This document shows positions 45,121 through 53,535 of a stretch of DNA of 63,331 bases, in pieces. The stretch lies in NCBI GenBank assembly GCA_964478335.1, contig CAYZIC010000003.1, positions 1 to 63,331 on the forward strand, in the 5' to 3' direction. The notes below the pieces were generated by a model. The model had not been told where the DNA came from. It was given only the letters and a program-made list of their open reading frames with translations, and ran no database searches. The translations under genes were made by a program, and so were the position numbers. The number at the start of each line of letters is the position of its first letter. Within the stretch, counting starts at the first letter, position 1. Origin of the DNA: an uncultured Lentisphaeraceae bacterium (GTDB lineage Bacteria > Verrucomicrobiota > Kiritimatiellia > RFP12 > DVOR01).

Positions 45121-46167
45121 CTAAAGCGGCAAGCTTGCTTGCCCAAAAGCGGCGGCGAAGCGGCGTGCGCAGGTTGCTGGCTGAGCAAAGGTTGCGCCGG
45201 TCAATGCGGCTTGTCCGTGTCTATAGGCGAGGTGGGGGTGACTGGCGTAAATGAGCATGGCCTCGGCTAATGCGTCGACGGATTGGGCGGAGACGACATA
45301 TCCTGAGATTCCTTGCTCGATGAGGTCAAGTGCGGAGCCAACTTGATCGGTGCCGATCATGGCGAGGGCGTTGCGGGCACCTTCTGGTAGGGTCATGCCC
45401 CAGCCATCAAAGCGACTGGGGAGGACGATGACATCAGCTTGTCGCATCAGTGTGTCGATCTGCTCTGGAGCAACATAGCCAACATAATGGGTGCCTGCTG
45501 GCTCGCCTGTCTCGGGGGGGGGGCCTGTTAGGAGTAAACGGCTGGTGGGATGGGTGGCGTGGACTCGCGCAAAGGCGGCCAAAAGGATGTCAACGCCTTT
45601 ACGGGGGATTTGTATGCCGCAAAAAAGGTAGGTGATGCCTTGGTATGGGGTCTTGGGTGAACGGATGGGCGGTGGCGTTTGGCAAGGTGGGGTGCTATGA
45701 GCGTGATGGATCAGCTTTTTAGGATCGATGCCGAGTCGTTGATAACAGCTCATCGCAAGGGAGCTGATTGCAAACAGTCGAGAGCCTGTCCAATTGAGGA
45801 GTCTAACCAATAGCCATCGGTGGATGGCGGTCTTCCAAGAGCCTCGACTCGGCTCTAGCACTGCGCTCCAAGGTAAGTGCCGTCTCACGCAATAGGCAAT
45901 CACTCGCCAGTGGGTCCAATTGTAAAAACTTGTCACGACGTGGTGGTAGCTGGCGAGATCGGGGATCTGAGCATCGGCCTCTTGAGGGGTACACACAAAG
46001 TGCTCCCAGGGGGCATACTCGCCCTCTGCGCCCCACCCCATAGAGAGACGGTAGGCGTCGTAGTGCTGAAAATAACAGACGTGCAATTCGTGTCCTTGTG
46101 CGCGTAAAGCCTCAAAGAAAACTCGATGGTGTCCATTAGGATAATTTGTCCAATAGCAAAATTTCAT
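45121..46167 (-). CDS. glycosyltransferase (GT4-like, GT-B fold)
   Basis: ORF 45121..46248 trimmed to the ATG at 46167 (MKFCYWTNYPNGHHRVFFEAL..). The C-terminal domain has ..VLPSRFDGWGMTLPEG. Confidence 0.7.
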   Translation of the reverse strand: MKFCYWTNYPNGHHRVFFEALRAQGHELHVCYFQHYDAYRLSMGWGAEGEYAPWEHFVCTPQEADAQIPDLASYHHVVTSFYNWTHWRVIAYCVRRHLPWSAVLEPSRGSWKTAIHRWLLVRLLNWTGSRLFAISSLAMSCYQRLGIDPKKLIHHAHSTPPCQTPPPIRSPKTPYQGITYLFCGIQIPRKGVDILLAAFARVHATHPTSRLLLTGPPPETGEPAGTHYVGYVAPEQIDTLMRQADVIVLPSRFDGWGMTLPEGARNALAMIGTDQVGSALDLIEQGISGYVVSAQSVDALAEAMLIYASHPHLAYRHGQAALTGATFAQPATCARRFAAAFGQASLPL

Positions 46168-46171
46168 AACG

Positions 46172-46182
46172 ATACTATGCCA
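46172..46182 (-). promoter_or_regulatory. candidate extended -10 element (TGGCATAGTAT) abutting the start codon
   Basis: The minus strand reads TGGCATAGTATCGTTATG. No RBS is visible, which would imply a leaderless or near-leaderless mRNA. Confidence 0.25.
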
Positions 46183-46280
46183 TAAATGAATCAATAAATC
46201 AAGTCTAAAAAGGCACCTGAGCGCAAGAATGTAGAGAGTGTGCGCCACTAGGACAGCAGCGCAGTGACCATTTCCGACGT

Positions 46281-46378
46281 GTGTGCGATTTTAGTGGATG
46301 GAAAGACAAAAGAGTGCCAATGACTGCCCCTGTATCCTTCTAATTAATGGAAATGCCGTGTGCGTGAGAGTATCCAGC
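46281..46378 (+). repeat. roughly 100-nt dispersed element, copy 2 (shared with 7357..7459)
   Basis: GTGTGCGATTTTAGTGGATGGAAAGACAAAAGAG...GCCCCTGTATCCTTCTAATTAATGGAAATGCCGTGTGCGTGAGAG is nearly identical to copy 1 by eye. Confidence 0.75.
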
Positions 46379-46570
46379 TCATTCTGGCAGCTTCTTTCCC
46401 AACAGTCATCCCTGCTCCTCTTTTATCACCAGCACCCAAAACCTGTCTAATTTTGGTCGGGTATTATACGCTTTGCCAACTTTTTCAAGTGCGACATCTA
46501 TTATTGTAGGTTTCAAGACACTGTCGTCCTAAAAAGTTGGCGTTTTAGGCTATTTTGTACTTGCATTTCG

Positions 46571-46599
46571 AGTTGTGACCTTGTATACTGTCTTTAACA
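46571..46599 (+). promoter_or_regulatory. candidate promoter for dfx (TTGCAT-N17-TATACT)
   Basis: TTGCAT at 46571..46576, a 17-nt spacer, TATACT at 46594..46599, then an AAAGGA RBS and the ATG at 46617. Confidence 0.45.
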
Positions 46600-46616
46600 A
46601 ATGAAAGGATGTGTAT

Positions 46617-46985
46617 ATGGCTACTCAATTTTATCAATGTCCGACCTGTAAAACCGTCGTCATGGCTCTCTCCAAAGAAATCCCCCCCAGCTGTTGCAAT
46701 GTAGCACCTAAGGCGATTAAACCTGGTGAAGTCGAAGCCGCCACAGAAAAACACAAGCCCGTCATCGATATCGATGGTCGGCAAGTGACAGTCTCGGTAG
46801 GCTCAATCGCTCATCCTGCAACACCTGAGCATTACATTGAATGGGTCGTCCTCGAAACGACTCAAGGACGTACCTGTAAGACTCTTGGGCCAACCGTTTC
46901 CCCCAAGGCAATCTTTGCATTGCTTCCAGACGAAACGGTCATCGGTGCCTATGCCTACTGCAACCTGCATGGCTTGTGGGATTGA
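46617..46985 (+). CDS. dfx: desulfoferrodoxin (2Fe superoxide reductase)
   Basis: N-terminal desulforedoxin Cys motif C.TC....CC. The neelaredoxin domain has ..EKHKPVI.., ..HP...EHYIEW.. and ..CNLHGLW. Confidence 0.9.
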   Translation: MATQFYQCPTCKTVVMALSKEIPPSCCNVAPKAIKPGEVEAATEKHKPVIDIDGRQVTVSVGSIAHPATPEHYIEWVVLETTQGRTCKTLGPTVSPKAIFALLPDETVIGAYAYCNLHGLWD

Positions 46986-47065
46986 GCTCCCCCCATTAAC
47001 AAATTCAAGCAAACTCATGAAACGTTTGCCATCGACTCTCGTTGCAACACCACGAGAGGCACACC

Positions 47066-49186
47066 ATGAATGATTCTTTCAAAGCCATTGCCGAGCGTTA
47101 TCTTGCACAGGCTCTCAATCGCCCTGCGGGGACTTTTCGTGCGGGACAGTGGGAATGTATCGCCCCGCTCTTACACCACAAGCGCGTCTTGGTTGTGCAA
47201 CGCACTGGCTGGGGCAAGAGTATGGTCTACTTTTTGGCGACTCGCCTATTGAGAGACCAAGGTCTTGGACCGGCGATCTTAATCTCGCCACTGCTCTCAC
47301 TCATGCGCAACCAAATCGAAGCGGCAACCCGCATTGGACTCGTTGCTCGCACAATCAATAGCACCAACGGAGACAACTGGGAATCTATTTGCGACGAAGT
47401 GCTCACGGGGCAAGTCGACATTTTACTCATCTCGCCAGAACGGCTCGCAAATGAAAATTTTCGACAAAAGATTCTCTCCAAGATCTTGCCTATTTTAAGC
47501 CTATTTGTCATCGATGAGGCGCATTGTATTTCCGACTGGGGACACGACTTTCGTCCAGATTACCGACGTATCATTCGCATCCTGCAAGCACTCCCTAACG
47601 AAGTTGCCGTCTTGGCGACGACCGCTACTGCAAATGACCGAGTCGTCAAGGATGTCCAGCAACAAATGGGCTCTGCTATTACTGTTCAACGAGGGTCTCT
47701 GGTTCGCAAAAGTCTATCCCTACAAAATATCACCATCCCCAAAATGTGCGACCGCATGGCTTGGCTCGTGCAAACAATTCCGCATTTACCTGGCAGTGGC
47801 ATCGTCTACACATTAACTCAGCGTGATGCGGAGCGATTGACTGAATGGCTTTGCCTCAATCAAATTAATGCCAAGGCCTACCATGCAGGCATCGATCGGT
47901 ACGCCGTCAATACCACGACAAAAGAATCTCTTGAACAAGCCCTCCTCTCCAATAAGATCAAAGTCCTCGTTGCCACAGTTGCGCTGGGGATGGGCTTTGA
48001 CAAACCCGACCTCGGCTTTGTCATCCATTTTCAGCGACCAGCATCTGTCGTGCACTATTACCAACAGGTTGGGCGTGCTGGGCGCGGTGTCGAGCACGCC
48101 TATGGCATCCTCCTCTCTGGAGAGGAGGATGATCGCATTGCGGACTACTTTATCCAAACGGCTTTTCCTACACAGCACTACATCGACATCGTCTTAGGGG
48201 CTTTACGCAATGCTCCAGACGGGCTCTCTATCCCAGAAATGCAACGCAAGCTCAACCTCAGTCGAGGGCAACTCGAAAAAACCATCAAGTATTTAACTGT
48301 GGAGGAGCCCTGCCCCATCTCCAAATCAAAGACGCGTTGGCTCGCCACTCCTACAGCAGAGTACTACACCATTGACCAAGCGTATGTCGAGGCGATCACC
48401 AAAATTCGCCGTGCCGAACAGCAACAAATGCGCGACTACATGGTTTATAATGGGTGCTTGATGACCTTTTTACAGCGTGCGCTTGACGACCCCAATCCGT
48501 CACCTTGCGGGCGATGTTATCGCTGTGCCCTAGAAACGAGACTCGATCCGAGCGTTGATCCTGTATTATCCAATACCGCCGGGCTCTACCTCTGCCACAG
48601 CTACCACCCGATCCAACCTCGCAAACAGTGGCCAATCAAAGGCACCTTTACACATTACCCCTTTAAGTCATTCAAAATCTCAGATGAGCTACAAGCTGCT
48701 ACAGGGCGCACGCTCTCGATGTGGCGGGATGAGGGATGGGGTAACCTCGTTGCTCAAGGGCGCACGCTCGACAATCGCTTTGACGACAAGCTCATTGGTG
48801 CTTGTGCTGAAATGCTCCACATCTGGCACCCCAACCCAGCCCCTACTTGGCTCACCTGTGTACCATCTATACGCACCCCCTCCTTGCTAGAAGATTTCGC
48901 TCAGCGCCTCGCAAGAGTACTCAATATCCCCTTTGTCCTCTGCATCAAAAAGATAATCGACACCCCCCCACAACGGGAAATGGGCAATGGATTTATGCGT
49001 GCTAAAAATCTCGATGGGGCATTTGAGATTAATCCAAAGCTCGTCATCCAAGGCCCCTGCTTACTACTCGATGATACGATAGACACGGGCTGGACAATGA
49101 CTGTCCTGGCGGCACTATTGCGCAAGGCCCAGGCTACGACCGTCTACCCGCTCGTACTTGCCTACAATCCTCAAAGCATCGACTAA
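47066..49186 (+). CDS. RecQ-family DEAH helicase fused to a C-terminal ComF/type-I phosphoribosyltransferase-like domain
   Basis: ORF trimmed to the ATG at 47066. Helicase motifs are TGWGKS, FVIDEAHCISDWGHDFRPDY, ATTATAN, VATVALGMGFDKPD and QQVGRAGR. The C-terminus LLLDDTIDTGWTMTV is a PRPP-loop-like motif. Confidence 0.75.
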   Translation: MNDSFKAIAERYLAQALNRPAGTFRAGQWECIAPLLHHKRVLVVQRTGWGKSMVYFLATRLLRDQGLGPAILISPLLSLMRNQIEAATRIGLVARTINSTNGDNWESICDEVLTGQVDILLISPERLANENFRQKILSKILPILSLFVIDEAHCISDWGHDFRPDYRRIIRILQALPNEVAVLATTATANDRVVKDVQQQMGSAITVQRGSLVRKSLSLQNITIPKMCDRMAWLVQTIPHLPGSGIVYTLTQRDAERLTEWLCLNQINAKAYHAGIDRYAVNTTTKESLEQALLSNKIKVLVATVALGMGFDKPDLGFVIHFQRPASVVHYYQQVGRAGRGVEHAYGILLSGEEDDRIADYFIQTAFPTQHYIDIVLGALRNAPDGLSIPEMQRKLNLSRGQLEKTIKYLTVEEPCPISKSKTRWLATPTAEYYTIDQAYVEAITKIRRAEQQQMRDYMVYNGCLMTFLQRALDDPNPSPCGRCYRCALETRLDPSVDPVLSNTAGLYLCHSYHPIQPRKQWPIKGTFTHYPFKSFKISDELQAATGRTLSMWRDEGWGNLVAQGRTLDNRFDDKLIGACAEMLHIWHPNPAPTWLTCVPSIRTPSLLEDFAQRLARVLNIPFVLCIKKIIDTPPQREMGNGFMRAKNLDGAFEINPKLVIQGPCLLLDDTIDTGWTMTVLAALLRKAQATTVYPLVLAYNPQSID

Positions 49187-49800
49187 AGCGATCTACAATC
49201 AATCGCATCGTGGACGAATTGATCAACGGCACCTTGTAGCATATAATCGGCAGATTTTTTGTAGTCTGAGACTGCATTTGTGGCGCCACTATTAGAGACG
49301 ACCTTGTAGATCGATGCGGGGATTTGTAAGCGCTTGCAGATTGCGACAATGTCGTAGGCCTCCATATCAATCAAGCATGGGAAGCCATGGTTAAGCGTTT
49401 CGGTGAAGCGCGACTCTGTCAATAAGAGCATGGACGCCTCATCAGATTGAGGATTATTGCACCCTGCAGGGTCACGTGTGATCACCCCAAAATTCGTCAA
49501 ATCAAAGTCGCCATCGATGAAGACTGTCGGCTGGAGGAGCCTCCCTGTAAGGTCATCAGGATACAAGGAGCCACATGTTCCAAAATTAATGATTTCAGAG
49601 CACCCCTGTTGTATGAGCCAAGCAGTTGATGCTGCGGCATTCGCTCGCCCAACCCCTGACTGACTGATCAAGAAATGCGTTTGGTTGCGTCTCACTTGAT
49701 AGACCAGGCACCCAGCCACTTCGACAGCCTCTGCCTCGATCGCATTGACTAGGGGGATAAGCTCTCTCTCTAATGCGATCACAATGCCAACTTGATTCAT
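49183..49800 (-). CDS. PNP_UDP_1-family nucleosidase (MTA/SAH nucleosidase or futalosine hydrolase-like)
   Basis: 205 aa with ..IGIVIALERE.., ..SGVGRANAA.. and ..FGTCGSL.. Its stop codon overlaps the helicase stop, tail to tail. Confidence 0.6.
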   Translation of the reverse strand: MNQVGIVIALERELIPLVNAIEAEAVEVAGCLVYQVRRNQTHFLISQSGVGRANAAASTAWLIQQGCSEIINFGTCGSLYPDDLTGRLLQPTVFIDGDFDLTNFGVITRDPAGCNNPQSDEASMLLLTESRFTETLNHGFPCLIDMEAYDIVAICKRLQIPASIYKVVSNSGATNAVSDYKKSADYMLQGAVDQFVHDAIDCRSL

Positions 49801-49864
49801 ACTGATTCCTCATAATTAGGGCTAACAGCGGTAGCGTAGCCACCATTGCTTTTTGTACTTCCAC

Positions 49865-49888
49865 CCCATTAACTACTAAACAAGAGCC
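49865..49888 (-). repeat. solo degenerate copy of the 23-bp TIR
   Basis: CCCATTAACTACTAAACAAGAGCC. Its reverse complement GGCTCTTGTTTAGTAGTTAATGGG resembles the TIR at 7537. Confidence 0.45.
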
Positions 49889-49919
49889 TTAAAATTATAC
49901 AAGGCCCAACAATGTTTTT

Positions 49920-49928
49920 ATAATAGCA
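49920..49928 (-). promoter_or_regulatory. candidate extended -10 element (TGCTATTAT)
   Basis: The minus strand reads TATGCTATTATAAAA about 120 nt upstream of the ATG at 49800, identical to the asd-proximal motif. Confidence 0.3.
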
Positions 49929-50039
49929 TACTCAGCCTCAATAATCAAGAGGGAATATTACGCTTGCACGCAAATATTGCAACATTTGCTCTGTGGGGTG
50001 TTTCGATAGGGATTATAGGTGAATTAGCTGCTTTTTGGG

Positions 50040-50068
50040 TTGCATTTTCCCAATAGCTCTGCTATAGT
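50040..50068 (+). promoter_or_regulatory. candidate promoter (TTGCAT-N17-TATAGT with TG extension)
   Basis: TTGCAT at 50040..50045 and TGCTATAGT at 50060..50068. A GAGGAG RBS precedes the ATG at 50096. Confidence 0.45.
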
Positions 50069-50095
50069 AATCGTTGTTTTTAGTGAGGAGTTGGT

Positions 50096-51223
50096 ATGCA
50101 TCGAGTATTACATTGTATTGCTGGACTTGGAGCTGAGGGGGGGGGCTTGGTTGAGCTCGTGCCCATGTTTGCCCTTGAAGCCAAGCGCGCTGGTCTAGAG
50201 GTAGGTCTCGCCTCCCCTATGCACGCTGGACAAACGCTCTCTCCTCCGACACTCGATGCTCTCTCGCACGGTGTCGATGCACACTTTTTCCGTCCTTCAC
50301 ACCCTTACTTCTTTGTTTTTTCATGGCAGATGTGTTTTAGGTTACCGCATGTGATTGCGCAGTATGACTGGGTGCACGTGCATGGCAATTGGACTTTTTT
50401 GGTCTATTGGTCATGCCTGTGGGCGTGCCTGCTAGGTAAACCGTATGTCATGAGCCCACAAGGTAGCTTTGATCCTGTGCGACTGGCCTATTCTGCATGG
50501 AAAAAGAAGCTCGTTGGCTGGATCGATCGATTCTTTTTGCGTCGTGCACGCTTGATTCATGTCACAGCACCAATTGAAGGCGACTGGGCGGAACGTTTTG
50601 CACGATGCCGTTTACCCCTGCAGATCATCCCCAATGGTGTATCGATGCCCGCACACCTATCTCCCCCAAAACCCCTATCCGACGAGAGGACCATCCTTTA
50701 CATTGGTCGCATTCATCCGCTCAAAGGGATCGACTTATTGCTCGAAGCTTGGCGTAGCTTAGCACCGGCTAATGGTCGGTTGATCATTGCTGGGCCAGAC
50801 GCCCCCAATCAGGTGGACATCTCAGACCTCACCAACGTCTCTGTCTTGCCAGGAGTCTTTGGACAAGGTAAATGGGAGCTCATTCAGTCATGCGACTATT
50901 TAGTCTTGCCCACCCGTAGTGAAAATTTTGGTATCGTCGTAGCAGAGGCTTTAGCCTGTGGTAAACCCGTAATCTGCACGCAAGGAGCACCTTGGCGCGA
51001 CCTGCTTGATGGACTCGATGGCGCACATCGCTGTGGCTGGTGGACTCCCGTCTCCCAAGCAGCCATTGCTGATGCCCTAACCGAGGCAATCAATCTCCCT
51101 GAAGCGACCTATCGCACCTACCAGAGCAACGGCATCAATTTAATTCGAAACCGCTATCAATGGCAAGCCGTTGGGCGAGATTTAGTCAAGGCATACCAAC
51201 AGGCAAGCACGCGCAATAGCTAG
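50096..51223 (+). CDS. glycosyltransferase family 4
   Basis: GT-B fold with an E-x7-E region: ..LPTRSENFGIVVAEALACGKPVICT. Confidence 0.8.
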   Translation: MHRVLHCIAGLGAEGGGLVELVPMFALEAKRAGLEVGLASPMHAGQTLSPPTLDALSHGVDAHFFRPSHPYFFVFSWQMCFRLPHVIAQYDWVHVHGNWTFLVYWSCLWACLLGKPYVMSPQGSFDPVRLAYSAWKKKLVGWIDRFFLRRARLIHVTAPIEGDWAERFARCRLPLQIIPNGVSMPAHLSPPKPLSDERTILYIGRIHPLKGIDLLLEAWRSLAPANGRLIIAGPDAPNQVDISDLTNVSVLPGVFGQGKWELIQSCDYLVLPTRSENFGIVVAEALACGKPVICTQGAPWRDLLDGLDGAHRCGWWTPVSQAAIADALTEAINLPEATYRTYQSNGINLIRNRYQWQAVGRDLVKAYQQASTRNS

Positions 51224-51274
51224 TCAATCGAGCGTGCAAATAGACATACAAATTAAATAAAAGGAATCGTCATT

Positions 51275-52060
51275 ATGCGTATTTTAATGGTTGGAGATAT
51301 CGTAGGTAGTCCTGGGCGAGCGATCTTTAAACGAGTCGTACCCAAGCTCCTCAAAGAAGGCCGCGTGCACGCTGTCATTGCCAATGGCGAAAACTCAGCT
51401 GCGGGCAATGGCATCACCGCAGCATTAGCCAAAGAGCTCTTTGACGCAGGAGCCACCGTTATTACCCTAGGAGACCACATCTGGGGCCAAAAGGGCTTTG
51501 ACCAGCAGATTGGCGGAGAAAAGCTCATTGTTGCGCCAGCCAATATGCCACCAGCCTGCCCAGGACAGCGAGTCGTCGTGGCGCAAACTGCCCAGGGACC
51601 ATTTGCCGTGATCTCACTCTTGGGGCGCGTCTTTATGACCCCCACTGACTGCCCCTTTAGAGGCGCAGATCAAATCCTCAAGCAAGTACCAGGCGGCATG
51701 CCGATCTTTGTAGATTTCCATGCGGAGGCGACATCTGAAAAAATTGCCATGGGGCACTACCTTGACGGTCGTGTCACCGCTGTCGTCGGCACCCATACCC
51801 ACGTGCAAACTAGCGATGCGATCGTCCTCCCCGGCAAAACGGCCTATCTCACAGACTTAGGCATGACTGGCCCCTATCGCTCTGTCATCGGTCGAGAAAT
51901 CCCCGCCGTGCTCAAAAAATTCACCTCCAACCTCCCGGGCCGCTTTGATGTAGCCTCTGGTCCATGCGTCCTCGAAGGAGCCATCATTGAGGTCGAACGT
52001 GGTTGCCGTGAGGCAACATCCATTGAGACATTTCGCTACAGAGAGGGCGACGAAGCATGA
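51275..52060 (+). CDS. ymdB: YmdB-like metallophosphoesterase (TIGR00282-type 2',3'-cyclic-nucleotide phosphodiesterase)
   Basis: MRILMVGDIVGSPGR.., ..NGENSAAGNGIT.., ..TLGDHIW.., ..DFHAEATSEK.., ..GTHTHVQT. Confidence 0.85.
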   Translation: MRILMVGDIVGSPGRAIFKRVVPKLLKEGRVHAVIANGENSAAGNGITAALAKELFDAGATVITLGDHIWGQKGFDQQIGGEKLIVAPANMPPACPGQRVVVAQTAQGPFAVISLLGRVFMTPTDCPFRGADQILKQVPGGMPIFVDFHAEATSEKIAMGHYLDGRVTAVVGTHTHVQTSDAIVLPGKTAYLTDLGMTGPYRSVIGREIPAVLKKFTSNLPGRFDVASGPCVLEGAIIEVERGCREATSIETFRYREGDEA

Positions 52061-53532
52061 GACTCTTGGTCGTTTCAGACTGCCATGCACAAGCTACGGC
52101 CGCCAAACGAGGCCGTGGTGATTTAGCAGCCACACTCTTTGCCAAGGCGATCACCCATGCGACCCAATCATACGGCCCACTTGATCAAGCGGTCATTTTG
52201 GGTGACATCTGCCATGATCAATCTGCTGAGCGAGCTCACTTTCACATCACCTCAATCTTAGCCCAAGCAGCCCAAGTCGCTCTGCCTACGCTCTGCGTAC
52301 GAGGCAACCACGATCCTGCTGGTGATGATTTTGTCCGCTTGACAGGCACGCCTCCTGGCTTACACGTTTGCCAAGGCATCGGCCTCTACGTCCTCAATGA
52401 GTCCTACACCTCAAGCCGCATTGCCTACCCAATCACCGACTGGCTCGACCACGAGCTCTCAATCATTCGGGCAACCTATCCCGATCTCCCCCTCGTCGTC
52501 TTACAGCACGGCCCAGCAGTTGATGCCCAAGCACACGCTCGCCGTCCTGATGAATCACAACTCGTACCTCTCTACGCCAAGCACCATGTCGCCCTCGTAC
52601 TCAGTGGACATGACCACGATGGACACCCCCCTCATGATGTCATGGGGGTCATGCACTACTGTGTGCCAACAATTTATCGTGCGCCATTCGCCTGCGCAGT
52701 CGTCGAGATCTCCGACAATGGCCTCGCAATCCACCCTCTACAATTGGCAGCTCCTCAAAATTGGGACTGGATAGACTACCACGCTCACACAGAGTTTGCC
52801 TACTGCGGCCGCGGCATAGAGGTCGCCAAGACCACCTCCATTGCACAATCTCTCGGGTTGCGCTATCAAGGTATAGCAGAACACGCCTGCGCACTCTATT
52901 TTAGCCGCGAGCACATGATGAATTTTGACTGGCTTGATCGCCCAGGCTACGTGCAGGAGATCTGGGACAGCCCCACCCGCGGCCGCATGGTCGCCTACAA
53001 AAAGTGGATCACCCTCCACCGGAGTCCCTTTGTCTTAGCCAGCCTCGAAGTCGACCTCTTTGACAAAGGCCGTCTCAACCTCGCTCCACAAGATGCCGAC
53101 GACTGGGATTATCTCATTGGTGCCATTCACGAAATACAAGGTATCAGCGCAGCCACCCCACAAACAGAAACAATCAGAGCCTTTATGCGCGACATTGAGG
53201 CATTTTGTCAAAGCCCCATCCGCATCTTAGCCCATCCAATGCGTTACTTTGCTTGGCATGGTCGCCCCGTCCCCAGCGAAATCTATCGCCCCGTAGCCAA
53301 GATGCTCAAGCAAGCCAATATCGCAGCAGAGATCAACCATCACAAAAATCCCTTTGATCCACTCTTTTTCCGCATCTGCCTTGAAGAAGGAGTCAAACTC
53401 TCATGGGGGACCGATGCTCACATCACCAACGACATCGCCAATCTCTGGCCGCATATGCGCACCCTCCAAGCCATTGGCATCACCACACCAGACGCAGCGC
53501 GAGCAGTCATGCTTTCGCCAGAAATGCTCTAA
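52057..53532 (+). CDS. fusion of a calcineurin-like metallophosphoesterase and a PHP-domain phosphoesterase
   Basis: The N-terminal half has VVSDCH, GDICHD, GNHD and SGHDHDGH. The C-terminal half has IDYHAHTEF.., ..GIAEH.., ..GAIHE.., ..AHP.., ..GTDAH, the PHP His/Asp pattern. Confidence 0.65.
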   Translation: MRLLVVSDCHAQATAAKRGRGDLAATLFAKAITHATQSYGPLDQAVILGDICHDQSAERAHFHITSILAQAAQVALPTLCVRGNHDPAGDDFVRLTGTPPGLHVCQGIGLYVLNESYTSSRIAYPITDWLDHELSIIRATYPDLPLVVLQHGPAVDAQAHARRPDESQLVPLYAKHHVALVLSGHDHDGHPPHDVMGVMHYCVPTIYRAPFACAVVEISDNGLAIHPLQLAAPQNWDWIDYHAHTEFAYCGRGIEVAKTTSIAQSLGLRYQGIAEHACALYFSREHMMNFDWLDRPGYVQEIWDSPTRGRMVAYKKWITLHRSPFVLASLEVDLFDKGRLNLAPQDADDWDYLIGAIHEIQGISAATPQTETIRAFMRDIEAFCQSPIRILAHPMRYFAWHGRPVPSEIYRPVAKMLKQANIAAEINHHKNPFDPLFFRICLEEGVKLSWGTDAHITNDIANLWPHMRTLQAIGITTPDAARAVMLSPEML

Positions 53533-53535
53533 CTC

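Noticed and set aside
47066-49800. Helicase-PRTase plus nucleosidase as a two-gene defence operon
   Set aside because: The genes are convergent with overlapping stops, so they cannot be one transcription unit. No other defence hallmarks (nuclease, RT, methylase, toxin) are adjacent. It is kept only as a domain-fusion observation.
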